In this document: in pieces, positions 13,295 through 26,360 of the stretch
Layout: every line of letters starts with the position of its first letter
Numbering within the stretch: position 1 is the stretch's first letter
NCBI RefSeq assembly: GCF_006345805.1
Contig: NC_042997.1
Coordinates: forward strand, 177,506,001 to 177,570,000
Source of the DNA: Octopus sinensis
Lineage: Eukaryota
Direction of reading: 5' to 3'
Length of the DNA: 64,000 bases
The notes under the pieces: model-generated
What the model was told of the DNA's origin: nothing
What the model saw: the letters and a program-made list of their open reading frames with translations, nothing else
Database searches by the model: none
Translations under genes and position numbers: made by a program

Positions 13295-13477
13295 AAGGAG
13301 AGCTTACGAAAGAAAACAAAAGACGAAGACAGGTGGTGTACAAAACAAACAGATGTATAAGTATAACGCTCAGGAATAGAAAAGTCTTTTACGTTTCGAG
13401 CCTACACTCTTCTACAGAAAGGGACACAGAAAAAAACAGAAGAGAAAAAAGGAGAGAAAAAATATGTGTAGTGGCTT
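13295..13477 (-). mobile_element. PLE pseudo-LTR-like fragment with a variant minimal HHR (about 13385-13421)
   Basis: cuuu-CUGUAGA-a-GAGU-guag-GCUC-GAAAC-GUA-aaag, with a 4-bp helix I and a loopless ACGU helix III. Confidence 0.55.
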
Positions 13478-13506
13478 ACGATCTATCATGGCGGTGTATG
13501 TATATG

Positions 13507-13538
<32 letters not shown>

Positions 13539-13646
13539 TGTATGTATGTATGTATGTATGTATGTATGTATGTATGTATGTATATATATACGCACACACA
13601 CACACGAATGGATAGTCTATTTCATGTCGGAAAATGTAGTGTACTA

Positions 13647-13772
13647 AAAGCTGAGTGCTTGTGCAACCTCGTATAGCTTCTCCGGTGCCATTAAAATGCG
13701 GTGTATGATTACTTCAGAAAGCATTTAAACGCATGAAGGAAGCTACAGAATGTTGCACAAGCGCTCAACTTT
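13647..13772. mobile_element. Small MITE-like inverted repeat
   Basis: aaagctgagtgcttgtgcaac paired with gttgcacaagcgctcaacttt, plus an inner tagcttc/gaagcta pair. Confidence 0.45.
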
Positions 13773-14133
13773 GAATATACTGCTTACTATAACCGAAACA
13801 GCCGTAAATTGGTGATTGTGATTACGTAACTGCTGCTCTCTCGTCATTCATTAATGTGTGGATGAGTATTATGTGTGTCATGTGCGCGCGTGAGTGTGTG
13901 CGTGTGTGTGTGTGTCTAATGTATCTTGCAACAGACATTTGAACTGAAAGTTTTAGGCGTTGACATACTTGACAAGATGTTCGCTCAAAAAGGCAGCAGT
14001 TTATTCATTTAAACACACAAAGATATATATAAAATCTGCTCTGAATTATACATTATATTCATATTGGATTCTATATGGTTGTAGGTATACTTCTTTCTTT
14101 TATTATTAACATAGAATTACACACACATACACA

Positions 14134-14224
<91 letters not shown>

Positions 14225-14410
14225 TAGTCTTATATTTATGGACTGCCATATTAGCTTGGCAATAACTGTTAATTTCCAGTACCGCTGCCGTAGTCTCCTT
14301 TAGAGAGACTTAGAAAATTAAATATATATATATATATATATGCACATACATATGCATATTTATATATAAACATACATACTTGCATGCATATATATATATA
14401 TATATATATG

Positions 14411-14456
<46 letters not shown>

Positions 14457-14462
14457 GCACAC

Positions 14463-14493
<31 letters not shown>

Positions 14494-14551
14494 CATACAT
14501 ATACATATATATATATATATGCATACATACATACATACATACATACATACA

Positions 14552-14582
<31 letters not shown>

Positions 14583-14796
14583 CATGAACTATCTGTTACT
14601 TTCTCAGATGCAGCACGGAATTCGCAGTCACAGAGCGACGAAAATATTTTGGCAAATTAAATTTGAATATTGAAGTGAATCTAACGGTTTTTGTGTGTTT
14701 CTTAAATGGCTTATAAACACCTTCCATGCTGCAATTCTTTTCGTTCCAGCACACGATCTCGGATCAGGTCACTTGCTATGCAAATACATCTCCGTA

Positions 14797-14835
<39 letters not shown>

Positions 14836-14845
14836 TATATATATG

Positions 14846-14923
<78 letters not shown>

Positions 14924-15825
14924 CACACACACACACATATATACTTATACACATATACTAACGTGTATGCGCGTATGGGTGAATGCATCTGTCTGTGCGT
15001 TTTCTGGTCAATTTCCAACGTGATACTCTCAGCGCTAACCAATCTATATACGGGATATATTTAATCAGCTATCGCCATTTTAATTTCAGTGCGAAACCTG
15101 AGGTCAATGTTTGGGTAAACGTGATACTGGTTTGACACGTTTGACCTTTTCAGTTTTCTACTGTTTCTTATTTAAATTTCTTTTTCTTTTTTTTCCTGTT
15201 TCTATCACAGATAAAGATTGACTTCCCTTGAATGAAGTTTGATGTTTGCAACTTAAGTTAAACATTGATGCCCCTTATTTTTCTTATGTTTGTTTATTGT
15301 TTAGCTTGTTTTCTTTTATTTTTAATTTCACTCTATATGAGATAAAGGATGATTGCCAAAGTTAGTGAGGCAATTAAGCTTCCCATCGCTTCAGATAAAA
15401 GATGCTTTTTATTCTGTCTATCGATCTATGTATATACAGAGAGATATTTCTGTTTTTCTGTCTTACACATTGTAAACTAGTCTTACGTCTTATAATTGGC
15501 ATCTAACAGAAATCTCTGTTGAAAAATGATTCTGTCTGCCACTCCACACTCCAGCTTTTCCACCTTGTCATTCAATTCTCACTTTTTCCTCTTTTCGTTT
15601 TGGGTTTCTAACACATTGCCAAATGGACATAAGCTAAACATACGTCTATGCAATTAGCGTGTATTATGTGTTGTGGGAGAAAGAGAATATGTATGTATGT
15701 GTGTGTATATGTATGTATGTATGTTTGTATGTATGTACGTATGTATGTATGTATGTATGTATGTATGTATGTACGTATGTATGTATGTATGTATGTATAT
15801 ATAATTATATGTTTATATATATATG

Positions 15826-15868
<43 letters not shown>

Positions 15869-15869
15869 G

Positions 15870-15902
<33 letters not shown>

Positions 15903-16269
15903 TTGTTTATTTTATTTGTTTGTATGTATTTATTTTTTTTTCCGATTTCAAGCAAGTTACTAAAAAATAAAAAAGTTTGGAGATATAATCGAACCTCGAA
16001 GTATACCAGAGATAATCGAATGCATTTTGGAGAGGAAATGGTCTGGCAGAAAAATTCCGTTCCAGCATATCAAAGCTGAATGGAAACTGCAGGTGGATAA
16101 TCTTGCTCGGGTGTTTTCAATCCAGATAATGTCGTAAATTTTATTGATGTCACCAGCAGCTAATGGTGCTTTAAGAGAAGATGTCAAGGCAGGGAGACAA
16201 CTCATAGATGACGATGAAATTACGCCTATGATAGATATGGACATAAGAAACCATACTTTTATCATTGAG

Positions 16270-16520
16270 GGGATCTTTTCACTTTGACTGGTAGATTACA
16301 GCAGTGGTTGTATTCACCTCAATAGACGTCATTGATTGGTTGAAATTGCCGAAATACGAGAAATTGAACAAGAAATAGCTTACAAACTACAGAATTTCCT
16401 CAAGAACGCCAAGAGAAAAGGATGTTTTATGTGACACATTCTACCAGTATACGAAGTTTAAAAGTGTTTAGTTACAAAGAAATTATTTAAAAAATATGCC
16501 GGTCAAAGTGAAAAGATCCC
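16270..16520. mobile_element. MITE of ~250 bp with ~22-bp TIRs
   Basis: gggatcttttcactttgactgg paired with ccggtcaaagtgaaaagatccc. Confidence 0.65.
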
Positions 16521-17889
16521 ATTGTGGAGAGAAAAAGATTGAATGAAATAAAGAATTGATCGTATATCAGTATATCACTGTTTCTTTATATTTTCAGATG
16601 TTAAAGAACGTTAGTTTGATAAGATCTAAAGAAGTTGGCGTTCGTTAGAAATAGGACACACTTGGAAATTTCGGTAGGATGTTGTAGATCGCCATCGAGA
16701 GGAGAAAGGTTGAAGTGTTTGATGAGGACAGGAACCAAAGACTTTAACTTTTCTCTCTCGACGTCGGGCTGATGCGACTGGAAAGTTTCTGAAACTTTTG
16801 ACAATTTTTTTTTCTTCCTGTTGGGTGATGTAGCTTCTTGTCTTAGCTGATTTAAGATACTAGAGAGAAGGTCGTCAAAGAATGTTGCATTGAGGTTATA
16901 TTTGTTGCAGCACGCCTTGATTAATCAATGGTTGGACGACTGTACGAGGGCAGAGAATGTGATAACAGGTCGGTTTAGAAAACTAAAAATACCAAGACGG
17001 TTTGGTGAATCTGCTACTGATTTCTAAAATATAAGTGGATTAGCTGGTGCAAAGAGAAAAATGTTGTAAATAATTCGGCCACACGGACATCAGCGTCCGT
17101 GGGAAATCTAAAGGAATTGTGTATATTGAAGTCACTGTGAACAAAGCAGACAGCGAAACGTGAGGTGAGTTTCCGCTTTGTCTTTTGTTTCTTAATTTAA
17201 TAGAAGACGAATACGGTCGATCACCTGTTAACGGATGGGCAGAATTCGAGTTCAGTATAGACAGGACTGATGATCATAAAGAAATGAGAAAGAGTTGCAT
17301 CCAAAATTACTATGAAAACTAATTATTGTAAACGTCTAGTTTAGAGAAAGTGGAGGAGAGGATGTATACCTCGCATGCGCAGACACAATCTTTTTGAATA
17401 CTGAATACTAGAAATAGAGAGTAAACCTGGACAAGAGATACAGATCAGAGACAAAAGATGAGAAATTTGTGTTAGAAAGGAATAAAGGATACGGATTTTG
17501 CACAATTAAAGGGAGTTTGAACTGAAATGCATGGATTTGATACAGAAGGTGAATTATGAGGCGGATGACCTCTCAATCACTTTTCTTAGAGATGGCTGTT
17601 GTCGTATCTGTTTATACCCCAGGTTGTTTTTGACTGAGTAACCTATGATGAAAGCCATTCCAGCCGAGATTATTAAGTCTTATTACAGGTATGTATGACT
17701 TTATTACCTATTGTTTCCTTCCATTTTTGAAGGCTGTAGAGTGTAATTTGAGGAATGTTTGCCTCCAATTTTCACGTGTGTATCGCTCACCCGAATTAGA
17801 TATTACAAGACAAATCAATGTTTGATGGAGAGAAAATCATGACAGAAGGTTTTTCTTTAAACCTTTCGGGATTCTGCGTGCATATTCAT

Positions 17890-18194
17890 GTTTGTTTTGT
17901 CTGTTCCTTCTCGAGCCATTCCTGGCTCATAAGGGCCGGCTTCCCGGTTTTGTGGAATATAGGTTCCCCACCTGGACGGGACGCCAGTCTGTCGCAGGTG
18001 AGCTGCAAGATGCAGGAGGAAAGAGTGAGAGAAAGTTGTGGCGAAGGAGTCAGTAGAAATTCGCCATTACTTTCTGTCAGAGTGGCGTGGAGTTTAGGTG
18101 TTTCGCTCATGAACACACACATCGCCCGGTCTGAGATTCGAACCCGCGATCCCCCGACCGCGAATCCGCTGCTCTAACCATTAGGTCATGTGCT
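17890..18194 (-). mobile_element. tRNA-headed SINE family C
   Basis: Collinear with 24516-24818. B-box-like ggttcgaatctc, tail ggctcgagaaggaacagac. Confidence 0.85.
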
Positions 18195-18652
18195 TAATGA
18201 ATGAACCTAGTGAATTGTGCGGCATGGTTGTTGTATTTGCGAGACCCTATGTCTGTGAATTTGGTGAATATGAACATGTGTAACTATTAATGCATATATA
18301 TTTACTCGTAGTTTTCATATTGTGACGTAAAATAAAATAATTTCAGGAGACCTAACTTCTGTAAAAGAAAGGTGTCGAGAGGAATTAAAAGACATTACGA
18401 AGAATGTGGTATAATCAAAACATATGACGACGAAAATGACAAAAATTTCCAAAATAGATGCAAGGTCACACATTTCACGAAAGTGTATAGTCTATTACAT
18501 CGGCTCTAGTACATGCGTGACTCTGTTTTATCGAGTACGGAAGAGTAAATAGGGAAGTTGACAAGAGCGATTTATTAACTCGGTATGCAGAGGCTGCAAA
18601 ATAAATACTAACCTGTTTCCAGTATTGCTCTACTCTCCCCAACCACATTTAG

Positions 18653-18885
18653 CTCTTTTTACTCTTTTACTGTTTTACTTGTTTCAGTCATTTGACTGCG
18701 GCCATGATGGAGCATCGCCTTTAGTCGAGCAAATCGACCCCAGGACTTATTCTTTGTAAGCCTAGTACTTATTCTATCGGTCTCTTTTGCCGAACCGCTA
18801 AGTAACGGGGACGTAAACACACCAGCGTCGGTTGTCAAGCGATGTTGGTGGGACAAACACAGACATACACACGAACACACACATA

Positions 18886-18924
<39 letters not shown>

Positions 18925-19145
18925 ACATATATACATATATATGTGTGTGTGTGTGTGTATGTATGCATGTATGTATATATATATATACGACGGGCTTCTT
19001 TCAGTTTCCGTCTACCAAATGCACTCATAAGGCCTTGGTCGGACCAAGGGTATAGTAGAAGACACTTGCCCAAAGTGCCGCGCAGTGGGACTGAACCCGG
19101 AACCATGTGGTTGGTAAGCAAGCTACTTACCACACAGCCACTCCT
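18653..19145 (-). mobile_element. SINE family A, full length
   Basis: Collinear with 402-806. Confidence 0.9.
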
Positions 19146-19193
19146 ATTTATTTTTTTTTCTCAAGGTACAACGTTAACAATTTGTAGGAGAGA

Positions 19194-19252
<59 letters not shown>

Positions 19253-19729
19253 TACTTTCATATCATTTATGTCTTTCTCGATTCCATTTACAACACAGAT
19301 AAAGTGAAGTGGCTTAAATCAGAAAGTGAAGTGAACCAATTTCATCACGCGTTTTGCCATGCGTATTGCATAAGTGATCAAACCACGTTATTTCTTATTA
19401 ATATAAATAATATTTGTATAACAAAAGTACCAAAATCTCATTGGTATTACGGGAGTTTGATCCGAGTGCAGTTTTGTTATCCATTGCATTTCCATAAAGA
19501 TATACGAGTTTGCCTGAATGCAACGTCACGTTCATTCGTTATTTCAGATACACCAACTATTACAGTTGTAGAATCTCATAAACCACATATGCATCAGACT
19601 GTATTTGAACAAACTACAACTTAGAGAGAAGATTAACTAGACGCAATCAACATGCACAGCTGGCCTAACCATTTCTGATTGCTTTGAAAGAAGTAATATT
19701 CAAATAATGTATATATATATATATTTCGT

Positions 19730-20114
19730 GTGGAGGCGCAATGGCCCAGTAGTTAGGGCAGTGGACTCTCGGTCGTGGGATCGCGGTTTTGATTCCCAGA
19801 CCAGCTGTTGTGAGTGTTTGTTGAGCGAAAACACCTAAAGTTCCACGAGGCTCCGGCAGTGGACGGTGGCGAACCTTGCTCTACTCTTTTACCACAACTT
19901 TCTCTCACTCTTTCTTCCTATTTCTCTTGTACCCGTATTTCAAACGGCCAACCTTGTCACACTCTGTGTCAAACTGAATCTCCCCGAGAGCTACGTTAAG
20001 AAGGGAACACGTGTCTGTGGAGTGCTCAGCCACTTGCACGTTAATTTTACGAGCAGGCTGTTCCGTCGATCGGATCAACTGGAACCCTCGTCGTCGTAAC
20101 CGACGGAGTGCCAC
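19730..20114 (+). mobile_element. SINE family C, alternative-tail subfamily
   Basis: Family C head gtggaggcgcaatggcccagt. The tail ...gtcgtcgtaaccgacggagtgccac is shared with 35888-36264. Confidence 0.85.
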
Positions 20115-21003
20115 GATATATTTCGCATTCTGTGTAGTTAGTTTTCTATCATCGTGAAATTTCCTTTCAAAAATCTATGCTGCCAGATATATTTAGCGAC
20201 CAGACTCTCGCTTTTAAGACTATACAACTTGGCAATTCTAACTATACAAACAACACTGGAACGTGTTTAAACTATATTTCATGTCTGTTTGAATAAGTTC
20301 TTCAGTGAGGATCAAAGGTAGCAAGTGCTTGGTTGATCTCTTTAATGTGATAATCTAAGCAGGAAAGAATGATTTTATTAAACTACTTAGTTCCATTGAG
20401 TAACGATTGAATAATAATTTGCCAGCAGCGAAAGAGGCTTAACAACAATAAAAAGAAATCATGACATGTATGAACGAAATTAAATGCCACGGAAATTATA
20501 ACCATGATTATATTTTAACTTGAATTATCTTTTAAAGAGTTTCATTTAATCCGAAAGATAGGAGCATCTTTTACAATTTAATACAATATTTCTTGAAGCT
20601 AAACGATAGAAGCGTCTTTAACATTTAATAATATGAATTCTTGGATTAGAATCCTATGATGCTTATAAACACGGATAAAGTAATTAAAAATGAAATAAGA
20701 TGAAATCGCTAAATAAAATTTTGCCCACAACTCTGAGGGGAAAACTTTGGAGTTTTCTGAACGTCAAATTAAATTTGAATTATTGGCAATACATGAGAAT
20801 TGTATTAAGAATGCTTGGGAATCATATTAGTTCAGAGACTTTAAAATCTGTACACGTTAAATGTAAAATGACGTTGACAATCAATAAAAATTAGTAGTCA
20901 TCGAAGTGCATAAAAGAAAATTTAAATGAAAGACGTTGTTACAAAGACCAAGTAAAAGAAAAACTTAAGAGGAATAAATACTTTTCTGTAAATTCTCTTT
21001 ACA

Positions 21004-21134
21004 GTAGAACAAGTAGAAAGATATATGTTTTCAACAAGTAAATACTAAACAGTATATATAAAGGATTTTATCCTTTATATATATATTGTTCAGTATTTAC
21101 GTGTTGAAACGATATATCTTTCTACTTGTTCTAC
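21004..21134. repeat. Near-perfect ~130-nt hairpin
   Basis: gtagaacaagtagaaagatatat..tataaagga, then a tttta loop, then tcctttata..atatatctttctacttgttctac. Confidence 0.85.
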
Positions 21135-21678
21135 AATACATTTCAATGCTTCAAAAACAAACTTATGTTTGTTTACATATAATGTAATCTCTTTACAGTG
21201 TTTAGTGAAGATTTATATATCCATTTGTTGCATTCACCTTCTTTAAAAGTTTCGACATATACGTAAGAAATACATTAGACAAACAAAACTGAAACCTACT
21301 GAATGTCTTTTGTCTTTTTGCTTCTTTATATATTAGAGATGGCTGTTGAATCTATCATTTATTTAGTTATTTATGTGCGAATATTGTACGTTCCTTAGGA
21401 AAACTCTGGCAGCTACTCGGAAAGTATCTCATCGTGTTACCATTAGTGTATAGTTGTTTTTCTGTACTCATAAAATCGGAGAGAGAACACTAAGAATCAT
21501 TAATCACAATCTCTTTGGCATTACCTTGGATATTAATTTCCTAAAATAAAGTGAAATCTTTTGATTAATGATTCTAAATGAAGATACATTTACACCTCCA
21601 ATGGGTTTCGAAACACACAGACTCCCATATCAATAAATTCGTAGCCTTTTCCCACAAATATAAAAAATAAGACGATGA

Positions 21679-21860
21679 GGCGCAGGAGTGGCTGTGTGGT
21701 AAGTAGCTTGCTAACCAACCACATGGTTCCGGGTTCAGTCCCACTGCGTGGCATCTTGGGCAAGTGTCTTGCTATAGCCCCGGGCTGACCAATGCTTGTG
21801 AGTGGATTTGGTAGACGGAAACTGAAAGAAGCCTGTCGTATATATGTATATATATAATAA
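21679..21860 (+). mobile_element. SINE family A 5' half, split by an insertion
   Basis: Head intact up to the internal TA tract; the 3' half resumes at 23021. Confidence 0.9.
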
Positions 21861-22070
21861 GTGAAATAGAAAGAGAGAATAAATCTTGTAGTAGATTAAT
21901 CAAAGTTTAACCGATACCTTAGTAGCAAAAATCACAGCAGTAAACAGTACGGTTGGAGGTACAACATCTGGCGTTTAACCGTGCGGCGTTGGTGCGGATA
22001 ATTGAAATTAAAACATTATTGGTGAATTGAAGAAATGGAGCTGAACGCAGATTGAACAGAAATCGTTTTA

Positions 22071-22158
22071 TTTCATTCTACACGTGTTTCAAAGGCACAA
22101 ATTACCAAAATCCGATTGAATAATGGGACCATATTGTGTCTTTCTCTTCAGGAAGAAA
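22071..22158 (-). ncRNA. Type I hammerhead ribozyme, left-arm copy
   Basis: CUGAAGA, long helix II (1 nt shorter than the right-arm copy), GAAAC-ACGU-GUA, helix I uuc/gaa. Confidence 0.7.
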
Positions 22159-22857
22159 AAAGGAAATCCGTTGAAAAAAAAAAACAGAACAGAGGCGGAG
22201 CAAAAACAAATCGAACTATGCTCCTAAGAGCCATGGCGAAACTGGCTTATCTGGCTTTTAAATAGCGTTTATAAATAATCCGGCACCCATAGCCCTTGGT
22301 AACAAATCTGAAATAGCCTTTAAGATATCTACGATTAACCACTGCAAGGGGAATTACTCCTGTAAGACAAACGGGGCTTGGTTTTTTCACAGCGGGGGGT
22401 TTCCTTGACAAGGCAGGCTTAGATGAAACACAACACACATAAAACATAATATATATATATTTTTTTTCTTTCTGCCACCCAACGGTTATCACGGCAGTAG
22501 CCACTGACAGCCGAACGATCATCAAACGCACACACGTACACAAAAAATGTTTTCTACCCCTACGCAACACACACATATATAGAACAGTATACACACACAC
22601 ACGTCTCTAAGTAGATTTTTTTCTCGCCCTTATAAAACATCCAATATTCCTTAAATAGTCAGAACTTTATTCTCGGTCACAAAGAACATCTATACACCCT
22701 CACCCACATGATTGACCGATGCCTGACCCGTTGAATTCTTCAGCCACCGGTTCTCAACATACACTGATAAACAGTTTCGCCATGGGCTCTTAGGAGCATA
22801 GTTCGATTTTTTTTTTTGCTCCGCCTCTGTTCTGTTTTGTTTTCCAACGGATTTCCT

Positions 22858-22945
22858 TTTCTTCCTGAAGAGAAAGACACAATATGGTCCATTATTCAAT
22901 CGGATTTTGGTAATTTGTGCCTTTCGAAACACGTGTAGAATGAAA
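22858..22945 (+). ncRNA. Type I hammerhead ribozyme, right-arm copy
   Basis: Core CUGAAGA at 22865-22871; helix II gaaag.cacaa/uuugug.cuuuc with G10.1-C11.1; GAAAC at 22926-22930; loop ACGU; GUA triplet at 22935-22937; helix I uuuc-uuc / gaa(u)gaaa. Confidence 0.8.
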
Positions 22946-23020
22946 TAAAACGATTTCTGTTCAATCTGCGTTCAGCTCCATTTCTTCAATTCACCAATAA
23001 TGTTTTATATAATATATATA

Positions 23021-23238
23021 TGTTTGTGTGTCTGTGTTTGTCCCCCTAGCATTGCTTGACAACCAATGCTGTGTGTGTTTACGTCCCCGTCACTTAGCGG
23101 TTCGGGAAAAGAGACCGATAGATTAGAATAAGTTAGGGCTTACAAGAATAAGTCCCGGGGTCGATTTGCTCGACTAAAGGCGGTGCTCCAGCATGGCCGC
23201 AGTCAAATGACTGAAACAAGTAAACGAGTAAACGAGTA
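23021..23238 (+). mobile_element. SINE family A 3' half
   Basis: Continues the head at 21679-21860. Confidence 0.9.
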
Positions 23239-24515
23239 CTTTAGTTACTGAAAGAAAGAGGGCAAATGCAAGCCTTTTACAAATAAAGCGGATGAGAAAT
23301 TACAGTAAAGGAGATTAAAAACAAACGAGTGGTTCGTTAGTTGATATAAATGCTGGTTATTATAGTGGAAGTATATATTCTTCTTGTTTTGACGAGAATC
23401 AAATGCCCTGTGTCAGGTTGAGAGAATGCAATATGTTGATAAATTAGTGTGATATTCCCCAAATTACCACTGAAAAAGACTGTTTTAAAAACATGTACAT
23501 ATAGCACAATTTACTGCACAAGTTTTCCTGAAATATGGTGTCTTAGACTATATTCGAATCAGGAGCAAAAGATTTTCAGATTCTATAGAAGCTGATGATA
23601 CTCGAATCCCCTGTGAATCTTTAAAAAATTGACCAAGTTACTAATTACTCAACAGAAAGATTGATCACTAAAAATTTACAGATCTTTTGGTGTTGTTATT
23701 CTCAACAGTTAGTCTATAATTTGTGTAATAATAATCATACACAGCATTCAGCAAAACACATTGCCATTGGTTGTTCAAACCCTGGTGAGAACCAATTCTT
23801 TGAACCGTTAGTTTCGCTCCTGGCATATCATCGCGCACAATTTAAGTTCATAACCGCAAAATCACTTTACATGAAGGCTAAAAATATTTTCATTTACTGA
23901 CGTAATTAGTTCACTTACAGTGTGATGTTTCACGTACATATTTATGTATTTATTTTTATTATGTGTATTTCTAGAAGAATTAGTCTAATAACGGAAATTA
24001 GTGTCTGTTTTATTTAAATATGTGACTTAGAAAAACAATTTGTTCTGGCACAGAGAGAATATAAACTCTTTACTATAGTGGTGTACAAGAAAAAGAAATG
24101 GGGAACGGTTGAGCTAATTAAGAAATTTTCTTTGAGCCAGAAATGGTCCATTTTTGGAAAGGATGTGTACTGTCGATTACATAAACGTTAGTGTATAGTT
24201 ACTTCTAAGATAGCCTTTACTTCTTTGCTCAACTTCCTAGAAACAGCAACCAAACCTCTCTCAAATCACGCCTACGGTCTTAAGAAAGGAAGAACACGTT
24301 AGATTATAAAGACGACATGATCATAGGTCTTCTCGATCAGAGCCCGCTTTAGAACAAGACAACAACAATAACAACTTTTTCTTATCTAATTGACATTGAA
24401 GGAAAGAGAAGAAAGACTTAGCTATGACGATGGAGGGACCAATTTCTGTATAATAGAGTACAATCGGAGCTGGAAATCACACTACAAACGTAGAGGAAAG
24501 CAGATAACTTTTTTT

Positions 24516-24818
24516 TGTTTGTTCCTTCTCGAGCCATGCCTGGCTCATAAGGGCCGGTTTCCCGGTTTCCTTGGCGTATAGGTTTCCCACCTGGACGGGA
24601 TGCCGGTCCGTCGCAGGTGAGCTGCAAGATGCAGGAGGAAAGAGTGAGAGAAAGTTGTGGCAAAAGAGTCAGTAGAAGTTCGTCATTACCTTCTGCTGGA
24701 GCTGCGTGGAGCTTAAGTGTTTCGCTCATAAACACACACATCACCCGGTCTGAGATTCGAACCCGCGATCCCTCGACCGCGAGTCCGCTGCTCTAACTAT
24801 TAGGCCATGTGCCTCCAC
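24516..24818 (-). mobile_element. SINE family C
   Basis: Collinear with 17890-18194. Confidence 0.9.
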
Positions 24819-25509
24819 AAAGCTGATAATGGGCATATGACAATGAGAAAGACACGTATTGACTGAGACATTCATTTATAGAGATTGCTGTTGTTATTGT
24901 TGTGTTACCCAAAGTCAACCATGATGGAATAGACCTATACTATGTTGATCTGTCTACCGGGTGGCAAGGTACAATTTACAATTCTAAATAAGGTCATATC
25001 TCCCCTAGCTGGATACTCTGTTGTGCAGTATGACTGTAAGTGCTTTGTCGTATACTTCAGAATGGCCCAAACTTGTTTCGTAAAGCAATCAGCGACAGAT
25101 TAACAAGAGAAAATAGTATTTACACGGAGTACTACTTGTTGCTTTAATGGAAGTGGTACGGTTGTTGTTGGTAATGTTAGAGGTAATATTTATAGTAATG
25201 ATAGTAGTTGTAGTGGTGACAGTGGGTGAGGGTGGTAGTTTTAGTATTGATATCAAAGCTGATTAATGATGATGATGATGATGGCCACGACGATGATGAC
25301 GATAACAACGATGATAATGAAGGCGGTGATAATAATGTTGGTATGATGGTATTGGCGGTGATGGTGTTGGGTGATATTGGCGAAATTTTCCTCTTAGCCC
25401 AATAGAAACGATACTACAACGTTAAGCATATGAATATTAAGACATAAGTCTTCTAAAATATATAGATCCAACTAATACAAGTTGTTACCGCTTATATAAA
25501 TACATACAT

Positions 25510-25625
25510 ACATACAAAAATACTCTGTTGTTGATGTTTAAATTCCAATGAAGGAGCCTTGGATCTAGGTTAGAAACCGCTTCTTTCTCTATTGGCAAGA
25601 AATCTTGAAATAAAGTGAATAATGA
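25510..25625 (+). mobile_element. 3'-terminal ~120 bp of the CATA-associated RLE family
   Basis: attccaatgaaggagccttggatctaggttagaaacc.. lies between (CATA)n tracts, with homologues at 12250, 26175 and 27045. Confidence 0.7.
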
Positions 25626-25671
25626 CATACATACATATATACATACATACATACATACATACATTCATACA

Positions 25672-25705
<34 letters not shown>

Positions 25706-26254
25706 GGCTGTCCTGGAATAAATAGAGAGAAAGTTCTTGTTATTGAATAAGTGCACAAATACCAACACAAATAATATTGGTGGAACATTCCCATCAAAAT
25801 ATCTGTGAAGTGTAAGCATAACAGGCCGGATATTGTTGTTTGAGATGACAACAAAAAGTATGTACCATCATAAAGGTCAGCTGTCCTGCTGATGTGAATA
25901 ACTCTTTGAAAATCAGAGAGAAATAAGATAACTATGGACAACTGCTTCGAAACCTCCAGCTTCTATATAGGGTTACAAATTTGCATTTATGCCAATAATC
26001 ATAGGAGGTGTTGGTCTTGTAAGGAAATGCCTAACTATCAATCTAGATAAGCTTGGATTTTCAGAAAAAGAAATTAACCGATTCGCACATTACAAATACA
26101 ATCTGTAGGCGGAACAGTAAAAATGTGCAAGATATTTTTCAGGTTTAAAATGTAATATTGTTTTTGTTATTTACATTCCAAAAATGGAGCTTTGTATCTT
26201 GGTTAGAAACCAGCTTCTTCAGAGGAAGAATTTAAATGATTAAATACTTAAGAG
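25706..26254 (+). mobile_element. 5'-truncated RLE retrotransposon (CATA-associated family)
   Basis: WWNIPIKISVKCKHNRPDIVV*DDN..KVSCPADVN (RLE PD motif), flanked by (CATA)n on both sides. Confidence 0.8.
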
Positions 26255-26360
26255 ACATACATACATACATACATACATACATACATACATACATACATAC
26301 ATACATACATACATACATACATACATACATACATACATACATACATACATACATACATAC

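Larger units (their letters stand above)
21861..23007. mobile_element. Non-coding inverted-arm PLE-like element carrying two HHRs
   Basis: Arms 22009-22244 and 22772-23007 (~236 bp) are near-perfect inverted repeats around a ~530-bp spacer. A ~150-bp tail lies beyond the left arm. Confidence 0.75.

Noticed and set aside
15960-17560. Protein-like fragments on both strands (for example ORF 16601-16804)
   Set aside because: Probably decayed TE coding sequence, but no recognisable motif allowed a family call.
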